Positions 10,248 to 19,577 of a DNA stretch of 64,000 nucleotides are shown here, one piece after another (the stretch's first letter is position 1; each line of letters starts with the position of its first letter). The stretch spans positions 256,001-320,000 of the forward strand of contig JAKFBS010000004.1 of the NCBI GenBank assembly GCA_036677065.1. Direction: 5' to 3'. The translations under genes were made by a program, and so were the position numbers. The notes below the pieces were generated by a model that was not told the DNA's origin, did no database searches, and saw only the letters and a list, made by a program, of their open reading frames with translations. This DNA is from Bdellovibrio sp. (lineage in GTDB: Bacteria > Bdellovibrionota > Bdellovibrionia > Bdellovibrionales > Bdellovibrionaceae).

Positions 10248-10721
10248 ATGATGAAACTTAAAAAAAGTACAAAAAGAATTATCCCACTTTTAGCTTTAAT
10301 GGGATTATTGGTTTTTCAATTTCAAAATTGCGCGCCAAAAAAAGAATTTGCTTTCGAAGACGAAAAAGTTGAAGAAGCGATGAGCTTTTTTGAATACCGT
10401 TATACCAAAGCCACGCCGATTTATTTTGAAATACAGGTGTTGCCAACGACTTCAGATGCCACTTATCAAAATTATGATATTTTAGGTTTTGCAACACCAT
10501 CAGATGGCAGCGATGATCCTATTGAATATAAAATCGATATTTATAATACCAGTCAGCAAAGTATCTGTGCTCAGAAGACAGGGCTACTGACTGCAGGTGA
10601 AACATTAATTAGCGAATCCTGCGTGATTGCGAAAAGTGTAAAAATTGGTACAGCAGTAATACAAGTAAAAAAACAATCCGGAGGAGTTTGGGATGTCTAC
10701 ACAAAACAATACAACGAATAA
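10248..10721 (+). CDS. Hypothetical lipoprotein (FQNC lipobox)
   Basis: GGAGG SD; FQFQNC lipobox. Confidence 0.75.
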   Translation: MMKLKKSTKRIIPLLALMGLLVFQFQNCAPKKEFAFEDEKVEEAMSFFEYRYTKATPIYFEIQVLPTTSDATYQNYDILGFATPSDGSDDPIEYKIDIYNTSQQSICAQKTGLLTAGETLISESCVIAKSVKIGTAVIQVKKQSGGVWDVYTKQYNE

Positions 10722-11208
10722 ACTTAATCTAATGGTCGCAGCCGTGTTACTAACACTGTCGATGCAAGCTAACGCTGGCATGGTCGAAGCCCAAGTGGTG
10801 GTCAACCCAGTCGGTGATTTCGTCGCCGAGTTTAAAGATATCGCAGGTAGCGCTTATGCTGATGGTGATTCTTATAAAGCCGATACGTTTGTCATTCCCT
10901 GGTCAAAGCTAAGCACGGGCATGAGTGTTCGAGATAAGCATGCCAAAGATTATTTTAATGCATCCAAATACCCAAATATCGAAATTGCAACGGCCTTAGG
11001 TAAGGGCGGTAATGGGGTAGCAAAAGTAAAAATGAATAACGTTGAGAAGATCGTCAAAGGCAAGTACGTCAAAGACGGTAATAACCTGATTGCCGAATTT
11101 GAACTGAAATTAAGTCTATTTAATGTGAACAACATTAATTTCAAAGGTGCGGGCGTGGAAGACAAAGTCAAAGTTAAAGTCACCGTTCCAATTATAGCAA
11201 AAAAGTAA
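10693..11208 (+). CDS. YceI-family periplasmic lipid/quinone-binding protein
   Basis: LSTGMSVRDKH...YFNASKYPNI is the YceI RD.H motif; signal peptide. Confidence 0.85.
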   Translation: MSTQNNTTNKLNLMVAAVLLTLSMQANAGMVEAQVVVNPVGDFVAEFKDIAGSAYADGDSYKADTFVIPWSKLSTGMSVRDKHAKDYFNASKYPNIEIATALGKGGNGVAKVKMNNVEKIVKGKYVKDGNNLIAEFELKLSLFNVNNINFKGAGVEDKVKVKVTVPIIAKK

Positions 11209-11229
11209 ATCTTGATTTGAGACACATAG

Positions 11230-11251
11230 GGCCTTTTGCTGTCAAAAGGCC
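11230..11251. terminator. Hairpin after the yceI-like gene
   Basis: GGCCTTTTG-ctgt-CAAAAGGCC; no clear U-tract. Confidence 0.45.
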
Positions 11252-11322
11252 TGACAAATGTAGACGAATAGCATGACAGCGTCTTAAATTGCTCCGTTCA
11301 ACTAACATAAATTGTCACTAAC

Positions 11323-11339
11323 TAGGCACGGTATTCGCT
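11323..11339 (+). promoter_or_regulatory. Putative sigma54 promoter
   Basis: TAGGCACGGTATTCGCT: GG-N10-GC. Confidence 0.7.
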
Positions 11340-11367
11340 TTATATCTCTTCGGGTGAGGGAAAAGAT

Positions 11368-12204
11368 ATGAAGCATATTTTATTTCTATGTTTAGTCCTT
11401 GCGGCATGTATTGCAAATGCACAAGTTTTTACAACCGAGATCGTCGATACGCCACCATTTCAGATCTCAATTCAAGATACGACAGATCCCAATTTAGAAA
11501 TTAAATCTTCTGGTGCGGCCACAGAGGCTGCAGCTGTTGAAGATTGCGTTGGTTGTGTTGAGAGCACATCTAAAGCGCCACAGGCCTTAGCAAGCGTTCA
11601 CGAGACTGGTCAGCACTTAGAACGAGTGATCGTCGAAGAAGGCTGGCAGAATTCATGTGATGGGTTTGTTAAAGATGGCAAAATCGGATTGTATGGTCAA
11701 ATTGTTCGCGAAGAAATAATGAAACCAACAGCTTTAAAAAATATAAAAGCAGGCGATGATGATTTAAGCCGTCTGTGCCCGAATTACCCATCAATGAATA
11801 CGAGCAGTAAAGCCAATGTGATTTTATTAATAATGACTTCAATGGCTTTTGAAGAGAGCTCTTGTAATAATAATAAATCAGCCCGCGGGCCTAACGGTAC
11901 GGCTAAAGGATTTTTTCAGTTACATTCGGGCCGCGAATCAAACTACAGTTCAGAGTGTGCAAATTATGACAGCCGTACTCCGCGTGGCAGCATCACATGT
12001 GCACTAAGTATGCTTGATAAACAAATGGGTGACGGCAATTTATTTCGCCAAGAAGAAAACTATTGGGATGTGTTACGCCCTAAACGTTGGAGTAAAAAAA
12101 CTAAAAGCTATTTTCCAAATCCTTCGTTTCACGAGATTAGAAGTGCGATTTCAAGTTTTGAACCATGCACCGGAAAACAGATTTCGGTTGCTGATAACGA
12201 TTAA
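11368..12204 (+). CDS. Secreted lytic transglycosylase/lysozyme-like (SLT fold) protein
   Basis: Signal peptide; MAFEESS (catalytic Glu-Ser) and AKGFFQL (GxxQ) motifs. Confidence 0.75.
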   Translation: MKHILFLCLVLAACIANAQVFTTEIVDTPPFQISIQDTTDPNLEIKSSGAATEAAAVEDCVGCVESTSKAPQALASVHETGQHLERVIVEEGWQNSCDGFVKDGKIGLYGQIVREEIMKPTALKNIKAGDDDLSRLCPNYPSMNTSSKANVILLIMTSMAFEESSCNNNKSARGPNGTAKGFFQLHSGRESNYSSECANYDSRTPRGSITCALSMLDKQMGDGNLFRQEENYWDVLRPKRWSKKTKSYFPNPSFHEIRSAISSFEPCTGKQISVADND

Positions 12205-13010
12205 ACTTTACGAAAATACTTCTGTTGTAAGAAAGCGCATAACGATGCGCCTGATAAAACGATGCTCCAGACAACTAAGAGCCACAGCATAAAAATCGGA
12301 AACGATGCCAGTGAACCGTAGATTTTGTTCTGTCTAAATACTTTTAACGAAACCCATAAAAATGAACTCTGAACCACAGCTATGCCTAATGCGGCCAAGC
12401 CTGCGCTAATTAAGCTTGCGCGCTTAGATACTTTTGTATCTGGCACAACGGTGTATAAAATCCATAAAGCTAAACCAATCACCAGGCCAAATAAAAATTG
12501 TTGATGTACAGTTGATCCCAGTTTTTCGATGATTTTAACTGAACGCAACCCAATAAAGCCGGCAAGTAATACCGGAAGGCTGACTAAAACAATTGAGTGC
12601 AACCACATACGCTTGATAAACGGCTTACGCGGTTTAATGCGCCATAAATGATGAAAAGCAGTATCGATGTTTCTGAATAAGCCAATCGTCGTAAATAAAA
12701 GAAAGATAACGCCTGTGTAACCAAGTGTGCGCGATTGGATTTTAGTGACCGAGGTTTTTAAGTATTGTGTGACTGTGTTGCCTGTGGCTTCTTTTAAATA
12801 AGACATCAGTAAGCTTTCAACCTGCGGATAAAGCTTTTCTAATTCTCCCACCGATTGAAACACCGCTAAAATAACTACTAAAAAGGGTACCGTCGCAAAT
12901 AAAGTCGAATAAGATAAACTGGCTGCAGCGAAACGAATTTCTGCGAACTCATCCGAGAGTTTACGCAAAAAAGTTTTAAAGTTTGCCAGAGCTGCTTTTA
13001 CTCCAGCCAA
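12201..13010 (-). CDS. YihY/BrkB family membrane protein
   Basis: AASLSYSTLFATVP and IYGSLASFPIFMLW motifs; multiple TM helices. Confidence 0.9.
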   Translation of the reverse strand: MAGVKAALANFKTFLRKLSDEFAEIRFAAASLSYSTLFATVPFLVVILAVFQSVGELEKLYPQVESLLMSYLKEATGNTVTQYLKTSVTKIQSRTLGYTGVIFLLFTTIGLFRNIDTAFHHLWRIKPRKPFIKRMWLHSIVLVSLPVLLAGFIGLRSVKIIEKLGSTVHQQFLFGLVIGLALWILYTVVPDTKVSKRASLISAGLAALGIAVVQSSFLWVSLKVFRQNKIYGSLASFPIFMLWLLVVWSIVLSGASLCAFLQQKYFRKV

Positions 13011-13909
13011 AAGCGTTCCTTAACTTTAAAATCCGATTTATCACTTTCAACAGTGGCGACATCACAATAGGGATCATGTTCAAAAAATAAATACGTATTT
13101 TTTTCTAGCGATGATTTTAACAGGGCTGTTTTTTCTTCGATGACTTTCAGGGGATGTAAATCATAACCCATCACCCAGGCCGCTCTAATATGCGATGCGG
13201 TTGGAATCACATCTCCGCAATAAATTAATTTCTGGGTTTCATCTTCAACAATAACAACCTGATGAGCTGTCGTGTGGCCATCAGAAACCCATACTGAAAT
13301 ATTCGGTAATAGGTTTTTAGTTTCGCCATTCACTAATTTTAAAACACCGGCATCTAAAAGCGGTTGAAAATTAGGAGCTAAGTAGCTGGCTTTTTCACGA
13401 ACGTTTGGATGTTGAGCTGTCTTTAAGTTTTCAGCCTGCACATAATACTGGGCTTTAGGAAAAGTCGGTTTGACCATATTATCAATAGCACTTGTTGCGC
13501 CGCCAGCGTGATCAAAATGTAAATGTGTAAGAATGACGTCAGTAATATCATTTGCGGTTAAACCATGGGCTGCTAATGAACTTTTAAGACTGGGGCCTGA
13601 ATCATCGACACTGTAGAGTTCGGCAAATTTTGCTCCTAGTTTATCTCCGTATTTGGCGATAAAGTCAGATCCATTGCCACAATCAACTAACACATTACGG
13701 TCAGCAGATTTTAATAATAAAGCGCGTGCTTCCATCGGGATGCGGTTATGTTCGTCGGCGGGATTGGTTTTTTCCCAGAGCGCTTTAGGAACCGTGCCAA
13801 ACATGGCGCCACCATCCAGGCCAAATAGGCCAGTCGGTAAGGGAATAATTTCATAACCACCAATGTTTAAATGAATTTTTGGATGATTAGTTTTCATCAG
13901 AACCTTCAT
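12998..13909 (-). CDS. MBL-fold metallo-hydrolase (YtnP-like); start may be 13897
   Basis: LDGGAMFGTVPKALW, THLHFDHAGG, GHT and HDPY motifs. Confidence 0.9.
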   Translation of the reverse strand: MKVLMKTNHPKIHLNIGGYEIIPLPTGLFGLDGGAMFGTVPKALWEKTNPADEHNRIPMEARALLLKSADRNVLVDCGNGSDFIAKYGDKLGAKFAELYSVDDSGPSLKSSLAAHGLTANDITDVILTHLHFDHAGGATSAIDNMVKPTFPKAQYYVQAENLKTAQHPNVREKASYLAPNFQPLLDAGVLKLVNGETKNLLPNISVWVSDGHTTAHQVVIVEDETQKLIYCGDVIPTASHIRAAWVMGYDLHPLKVIEEKTALLKSSLEKNTYLFFEHDPYCDVATVESDKSDFKVKERFWLE

Positions 13910-14708
13910 CAGTATTTTCGTCAGTCGTTAATTCTTGTAATGTTTTTTCACTGGTATCTTCAGTGTAATTTGCATCGGTTAAATCATCTGGCAAGATCGA
14001 TGGGTCAATGGTTTTAACCCAATTGATATAATTTTGATAAACCACTTCAATATTTGTAGGCTCTTGCACAGGGCCTATATGCACAGTTAGTTTACCGGGT
14101 CTGGCAAAAATAGCCCCTTTGGGCCAAAGTTTTAAATTACCTTCGATATAGATAAATAAAATCGGTGTTTTTGTTTTTTCAGCAAAAATGCTGATACCGC
14201 GTTTAAATTCCTGCAGTTTTCCGTCTTTAGAGCGGGTACCTTCCGGAAAGATAATCAGCCACATACGGTCTAAATCTCTAAGTAAGGTCAGAATTAAATT
14301 TACGGCTTCACCTTTACGGTCTTTACGGTCGATAGGAATCGCCCCTAAACAATTGGCCGAAAAAAAAGTAAATAGTGGATTTTTGAAAAAGTAATCTTTT
14401 GCTGCCGCGATATAAAGATCAAACCAATGTTTGCGAGGAATACTTGCGGCAATAGATGTCGCATCTAAGTGTGAGGCATGATTTGAAATAATAATCAGTT
14501 TTTTATGTTTTTCATAAAGTTCGTCAAAATTACCGCCCTTAACTGAAAGACGGATATACATGGTGTAAAACCATTTTTTTAAAATAATAAACCAGATAAA
14601 ACGAACAACTTTACTTGTTAAATCATAGTGATGAGTAAAAAGAGGAAGATGCTTTAAATGACCCGGAAGTTTTGTCCACTGATCGTTGTCATAGTTCCAC
14701 TCACGCAT
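13887..14708 (-). CDS. Lysophospholipid acyltransferase (PlsC family)
   Basis: NHASHLD and FPEGTRS motifs. Confidence 0.9.
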   Translation of the reverse strand: MREWNYDNDQWTKLPGHLKHLPLFTHHYDLTSKVVRFIWFIILKKWFYTMYIRLSVKGGNFDELYEKHKKLIIISNHASHLDATSIAASIPRKHWFDLYIAAAKDYFFKNPLFTFFSANCLGAIPIDRKDRKGEAVNLILTLLRDLDRMWLIIFPEGTRSKDGKLQEFKRGISIFAEKTKTPILFIYIEGNLKLWPKGAIFARPGKLTVHIGPVQEPTNIEVVYQNYINWVKTIDPSILPDDLTDANYTEDTSEKTLQELTTDENTDEGSDEN

Positions 14709-14712
14709 AAGG

Positions 14713-15648
14713 TTATCCCCAAGCTTTCAGAGCTAACATCACAAAGTAAAAAATCGGAGCCACAAAAATTAAACGATCCATGCGTTGTAAAAAATCACCG
14801 CGGCCTAAAACAAACGGGCCCACGATTTTTACACCAGCGTCTTTTCGAAACACAGCCATCACTAAATCGCCGACAACGCCACCAAATGAAGCCACTAAGC
14901 CTGAAGCTAGCCAGTATTGTTCGCCACGATCAGGTAATAAGTGGCGCATACCGTAAGCTAAGGCTACCGTCATTAAGATTGAAGTTGCTGTACTTAAAAA
15001 CGTACGACGCTGTGAAAGTTCAGCAAAAATTTTATTGCCACGAAAATATCCGCTGATCGCTAAATTCGTGTTGTCACAGAATTCAGTTAAGATCACTAAG
15101 TACATTAGCTGGTAAATGCCGTTTTCAAAATTTAGCAACAATGCTAAATGCATAAATGACCAGCCTAAGAAGATAAATCCTAAAAGGGTTAATGAAATAT
15201 ACTGGATCATATTTTTGTATTCGCGTTTAATCAGCGGAACCAAACATAAAGCCCCCAAGACAATCATCGGCATTGAATTGTAGGTAACGAGATTATCGTA
15301 ATACGAACAAGCGGCTAATCCTAAGATTCCACCGTAAGCAATATAAACAAAGGAACTCTTGTGAAAGATACCCAAGATCTGAAAATAAGCCTTAGCGCCA
15401 AAGATCGCAAAAACAGTTAATGCAATAAATGGAATTGGGTAGGGAAGCCCCAATACACCAAACATGATGGGAGCAAAGATCAGCCAACTTTTAATCGAAG
15501 CCCAAGCCACCATTGAATATTGATTTTTTTTACGAAGTAAAAAGTTAACTATCCCGCCAGCAAAAAGAACTGCAATAACGATCAAAGCTGTTTGTTGATA
15601 AATAGGGCTGTGCCAGCCGATGAAATCTGATTGAAGGGGATTATTCAT
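14713..15648 (-). CDS. Phosphatidate cytidylyltransferase family (CdsA/YnbB-like)
   Basis: GDLVMAVFRKDAGVK...GRGDFLQRMDRL, a divergent CTP_transf_1 motif; polytopic membrane protein. Confidence 0.8.
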   Translation of the reverse strand: MNNPLQSDFIGWHSPIYQQTALIVIAVLFAGGIVNFLLRKKNQYSMVAWASIKSWLIFAPIMFGVLGLPYPIPFIALTVFAIFGAKAYFQILGIFHKSSFVYIAYGGILGLAACSYYDNLVTYNSMPMIVLGALCLVPLIKREYKNMIQYISLTLLGFIFLGWSFMHLALLLNFENGIYQLMYLVILTEFCDNTNLAISGYFRGNKIFAELSQRRTFLSTATSILMTVALAYGMRHLLPDRGEQYWLASGLVASFGGVVGDLVMAVFRKDAGVKIVGPFVLGRGDFLQRMDRLIFVAPIFYFVMLALKAWG

Positions 15649-16981
15649 AAACTATTCCGTAATCTTTAATTTTTTTATACAAGCTTGATTTTGAAATCTG
15701 TAAAGACGTACAAGCTTGGTCGATATTATTATTTTGTTTTAATAAAAGAGTAATAAACTTTTTTTCTTGGGCATTGATAAACTCTTCTAAACTTTGATCT
15801 AACTTAATGGTTTCGCTATTTTCAGGCATTCCACTTGAAAACAATAGGCGATTAACATCTTCTTTAAGAACCACTGGTAGCGGCGATGTTAATACCAGCT
15901 GTTCGCACACCCGCTTTAATTCGCGAATGTTGCCGGGCCAATCATAAGCCTGCAACGCCTCAAACGCTTCTTGGTCGAATTGTTTATTGCGTTTAGCCTT
16001 ATCTTTTTCCAGAAAAAACTTAGCCACATCAGGAATATCTGATTTGCGTTCGCGCAAACCCGGTAAACTGATTTTATGAGCCGAAATTCTAAAATATAAA
16101 TCTTCGCGAAACTTTTTTTCAGCGATAAGTTGTTTTAATGGCTGATTGCTGGCCGCGATCACACGCACATCAACATGAAATGATTCTTTAGAGCCGACTT
16201 TTTTAACTTCACCGGTTTCTAAGAAACGTAAAAGTTTAGCTTGCTGCCCTAAAGGAAGGGCTTCAATTTCGTCTAAAAATAAATCTCCACCATGAGCGGC
16301 TTCGCAAAGACCGACTTTGTTTTGATCAGCTCCGGTGAATGAACCTTTAATGTGACCGAAAAATTCAGATTCAAATAGGTTTTCAGAAATCCCGGCGCAA
16401 TTGATTGTTACAAAAGGTTTTGCGCCTTCTTGCTGGGCTAAAAGCCTAGCTATAACATCTTTACCGGTTCCGGTTTCACCTTCGATAAGAACTGAACTTC
16501 GTTCACCTTTAAGCGAGGCAATCGTTTTTCTAACTTGTTCCATGATCGGTGATTGGCCTACAAGAGTCGTTTTTTTGTGATTCGAATATTCAACTTGGCG
16601 CAATTGCCAGTAAGCCATGATTTTTTCTAAGGTCATCGTTACTTCAGCAGCGATCAAGGGCTTAGCTAAAAAGCGGGCGGCACCAGATTTTATCGCCATT
16701 TCCATGTTCTGCCGGTTTAAATCACCAGACATCGAAACAATTTCAGTTTGCGGATTTTTTTTCAACAATTGTGCAATGATGGTAGGGCCATCTGGCGTTT
16801 CGCCAACCTTAGACAGAATATGCATGTCGACCATAGCCGCATGATAAAAGACGTGATCAGGAATCAAATCTGGTTTGGTGGCGATAAAAACTTTAAAGCC
16901 CGCAGGAGCCATCAGCTTTACAGAATTAGCAAGCATTGCATCATCATCGACGATGAGTAAATTAAGTAAATCAGTAGACAT
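15641..16981 (-). CDS. Sigma54-dependent response regulator (NtrC family)
   Basis: REC domain, GETGTGKD, GSFTGA, WPGNIREL and a Fis-type HTH. Confidence 0.93.
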   Translation of the reverse strand: MSTDLLNLLIVDDDAMLANSVKLMAPAGFKVFIATKPDLIPDHVFYHAAMVDMHILSKVGETPDGPTIIAQLLKKNPQTEIVSMSGDLNRQNMEMAIKSGAARFLAKPLIAAEVTMTLEKIMAYWQLRQVEYSNHKKTTLVGQSPIMEQVRKTIASLKGERSSVLIEGETGTGKDVIARLLAQQEGAKPFVTINCAGISENLFESEFFGHIKGSFTGADQNKVGLCEAAHGGDLFLDEIEALPLGQQAKLLRFLETGEVKKVGSKESFHVDVRVIAASNQPLKQLIAEKKFREDLYFRISAHKISLPGLRERKSDIPDVAKFFLEKDKAKRNKQFDQEAFEALQAYDWPGNIRELKRVCEQLVLTSPLPVVLKEDVNRLLFSSGMPENSETIKLDQSLEEFINAQEKKFITLLLKQNNNIDQACTSLQISKSSLYKKIKDYGIVYE

Positions 16982-17015
16982 TGCCTTATTCTATTCTAGA
17001 ATAAATGCATGTCAA
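16975..17015. promoter_or_regulatory. Overlapping divergent sigma70 promoters, both predicted leaderless
   Basis: Plus strand TAGACA-N16-TAGAAT-6nt-ATG(17009); minus strand TTGACA-N16-TAGAAT-6nt-ATG(16981). Confidence 0.7.
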
Positions 17016-18226
17016 AAATTAAAATTTTACTTGCTGAAGGAATCCACCCCGTTGCCCAAGAAAAGCTGCAGGCGGAAGGATATATTGTTGACTTAATTAA
17101 GCATGCTCCGGCTGAAGACGAGTATTTAAATTTACTTTCTCAATATCAAGTTTTAGGTATTCGTTCAAAATCAGAATTAACGGCTAAAATTTTAAAAAAT
17201 AACCCACATTTACTGGCTATTGGTGCATTCTGTATTGGCACAAATCAAATAGATTTGGCGACAGCAACTGAAGTAGGAATTCCAATTTTTAATGCTCCCC
17301 ACAGTAATACACGTTCGGTGGCTGAATTAGTGATCGCAGAAATGATCTCTCTTTCGCGTCAGTTATGTGATCGTAATACGATGGCACATCGTGGTGAATG
17401 GGTTAAATCTGCTGATGGTTCACGCGAAGTCCGCGGTAAAACTTTAGGAATCGTTGGTTACGGCCATATCGGAAGCCAGCTAAGTGTTTTAGCTGAAGCT
17501 ATGGGGATGCGGGTAGTATTTTATGATGTTGTTAAAAAATTACCTTTAGGCAATGCTCAGCCCAAAACAAAATTAGATGATTTATTAGCCTCAGCTGATT
17601 TTATCAGTTTGCACGTGCCAGAGACACCTGAAACAAAAAATATGATTTCAAAAGATCAGCTTTTTAAAATGAAAAAAGGCAGTTTTTTAATCAATGCTTC
17701 GCGCGGCACGGTCGTCAATATCGAAGATTTAGTTTTAGCGTTAAAAGAAAACCATATTGCAGGTTGTGCCATTGATGTATTTCCGATTGAACCGGCATCA
17801 AATAAAGAATCTTTTAAATCAAACTTACAAAATCTAAAAAATGTTATTCTTACTCCGCATATCGGCGGCAGCACTGAAGAGGCACAATATTCGATTGGTC
17901 TTGAAGTGGCTGAAAGTTTTCGTAAGTTTTTACAGACGGGAACTACAGCCGGGGCTGTGAATTTTCCGAATGTTGAATTAGTACCTAAAACCAATGTCAC
18001 ACGACTTATGAATGTTCATAAAAATGAGCCCGGCGTGCTTGGTGAAATCAATGGCTATATCTCTGAAGCAGGCGCCAATATCCAGGCTCAGTATTTATCG
18101 ACTGATTCTAAAATTGGTTATCTGGTGGTTGATCTTGAAATGGATAAAGCCAAGCTTTCAGTGGCGCAATTAATTGATAAAATCCAAAAATCTTCGCGCA
18201 ATATTAAAACTCACCAGGTGTTTTAA
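17009..18226 (+). CDS. serA: D-3-phosphoglycerate dehydrogenase
   Basis: FCIGTNQ, GYGHIG, INASRG and TPHIGGSTEEAQ motifs; C-terminal ACT domain (HKNEPGVL). Confidence 0.96.
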   Translation: MSKIKILLAEGIHPVAQEKLQAEGYIVDLIKHAPAEDEYLNLLSQYQVLGIRSKSELTAKILKNNPHLLAIGAFCIGTNQIDLATATEVGIPIFNAPHSNTRSVAELVIAEMISLSRQLCDRNTMAHRGEWVKSADGSREVRGKTLGIVGYGHIGSQLSVLAEAMGMRVVFYDVVKKLPLGNAQPKTKLDDLLASADFISLHVPETPETKNMISKDQLFKMKKGSFLINASRGTVVNIEDLVLALKENHIAGCAIDVFPIEPASNKESFKSNLQNLKNVILTPHIGGSTEEAQYSIGLEVAESFRKFLQTGTTAGAVNFPNVELVPKTNVTRLMNVHKNEPGVLGEINGYISEAGANIQAQYLSTDSKIGYLVVDLEMDKAKLSVAQLIDKIQKSSRNIKTHQVF

Positions 18227-18227
18227 A

Positions 18228-18250
18228 GCGGCCTTCATTTTGTATCTAGA
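18228..18250 (+). promoter_or_regulatory. Putative sigma54 promoter (GT variant at -12)
   Basis: GCGGCCTTCATTTTGTATCTAGA: GG-N10-GT, with the same TTGTATnTAGA tail as 31360 and 55395. Confidence 0.5.
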
Positions 18251-18255
18251 AAATC

Positions 18256-19026
18256 GTGATTTTAAGAATGACGGCAAATCTATTTAAAGGGCTATTCGGC
18301 CTATGGCTTCTGCTATATCCATGTCTATCTTTTGGACAAGGGCGCCTAAATGTGGTTTTTGACTTGGACTGGACGCTTTTAAATTCAACCACTGAGGCCA
18401 TGGTGCAGGCTGAACCTTCAGGAACTTTTAGCTTCGAGGGTAAATGGTACCGTATTGCCCATGGCACTGCCGAGTCGATTAAAAAACTGCATGAGCAAGG
18501 AATTGATGTGTCGCTTTTTAGTGGTGGCGGCAGTGAACGCAATGACTTTGCGGCAAAAATTATTCAACAACAAGTGAATGAGTTAATAGGAAATAACGAG
18601 TTTCAGTTTAAACAGGTCTTAGATTTACATGATTTATTAGTCGTAAGCACTGACCCGAATGCTCGCTTTGCCGAAAAATATAAAAAAGAATTATCGCGAT
18701 TTTTTGATGTCGAACGCACCTTGATTGTCGATGATATGATGGCCTTCAGTGTAAAAGGTCAGGAGAAAAACTTAGTCTGGTTAGGCAAAACCTATAACGA
18801 CCGCCCGCGTTTTGAATTACAAAGTAGCGAAAGTGCTGAGGCTAAGGCTTATTCGGCTCCAGATTTTTTAGAATGGTTGCGCGATTATAATAAAATTATT
18901 ACAGCTGTGGCTGACATTTTAAAAGCTAAAGCGATCATGCAAAAAAGCAACATCAGCTTACCGGAAGCCTTCTATAGGGTTGATCCTTTTAAAAATAAAT
19001 TTCCGATGTGCGGAAATCTATTCTGA
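18256..19026 (+). CDS. Secreted HAD-superfamily phosphatase-like protein
   Basis: Signal peptide; VVFDLDWTLL motif I, LFSGG motif II, LIVDD motif IV. Confidence 0.7.
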   Translation: MILRMTANLFKGLFGLWLLLYPCLSFGQGRLNVVFDLDWTLLNSTTEAMVQAEPSGTFSFEGKWYRIAHGTAESIKKLHEQGIDVSLFSGGGSERNDFAAKIIQQQVNELIGNNEFQFKQVLDLHDLLVVSTDPNARFAEKYKKELSRFFDVERTLIVDDMMAFSVKGQEKNLVWLGKTYNDRPRFELQSSESAEAKAYSAPDFLEWLRDYNKIITAVADILKAKAIMQKSNISLPEAFYRVDPFKNKFPMCGNLF

Positions 19027-19431
19027 CCCGTAAAGACTAATGTTTCCTGCTTTGTGCGGAAACGGGTCTTTAAGAGCCACCTTGACCGATGTTACACATT
19101 TTTGACAGACCACCTGATGATCTGGATACAAAATACCTCTTTTAAATTTAATCTTCTCTTTGCAGTGTGGACAGGCCACATGACCGTGATGAATTTCGAA
19201 TTTAGCCTTTTCTGCTTTAAGAGCCTGATAAATACCGATCACAAAAAATAGCGGCGTTAAGAAAACATCATAAACGGGTATAAAAAATGTGACAAAAGCC
19301 AAGCCCCAGAAAATAAGTAATTTTATAAGGATGTTTTTAACTATTTCGACTTTTAAGAAGCGGCGGACATACAAAGTGCCAGTTTGTTGTTCGTCACTGG
19401 GCGTGTAAGCCCTAATGAGAATTTGTTCCAT
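19018..19431 (-). CDS. Two-TM membrane protein with CxxC...CxxC zinc ribbon (paralog A)
   Basis: CPHC...CQKC; GGTGAGG SD. Confidence 0.75.
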   Translation of the reverse strand: MEQILIRAYTPSDEQQTGTLYVRRFLKVEIVKNILIKLLIFWGLAFVTFFIPVYDVFLTPLFFVIGIYQALKAEKAKFEIHHGHVACPHCKEKIKFKRGILYPDHQVVCQKCVTSVKVALKDPFPHKAGNISLYGSE

Positions 19432-19577
19432 ACTTGCCTCACCTTATTTATCACTCTAGCAGAATTTAAAGAATAGTCAGTGTTTGATGCTTTTCATAAT
19501 GAAGAATGTAAGGATTAATCAGTACCGTGCTATGCAGAAATGCGGTGCTTCGTTGACATACAAAATATAGATTAAGT

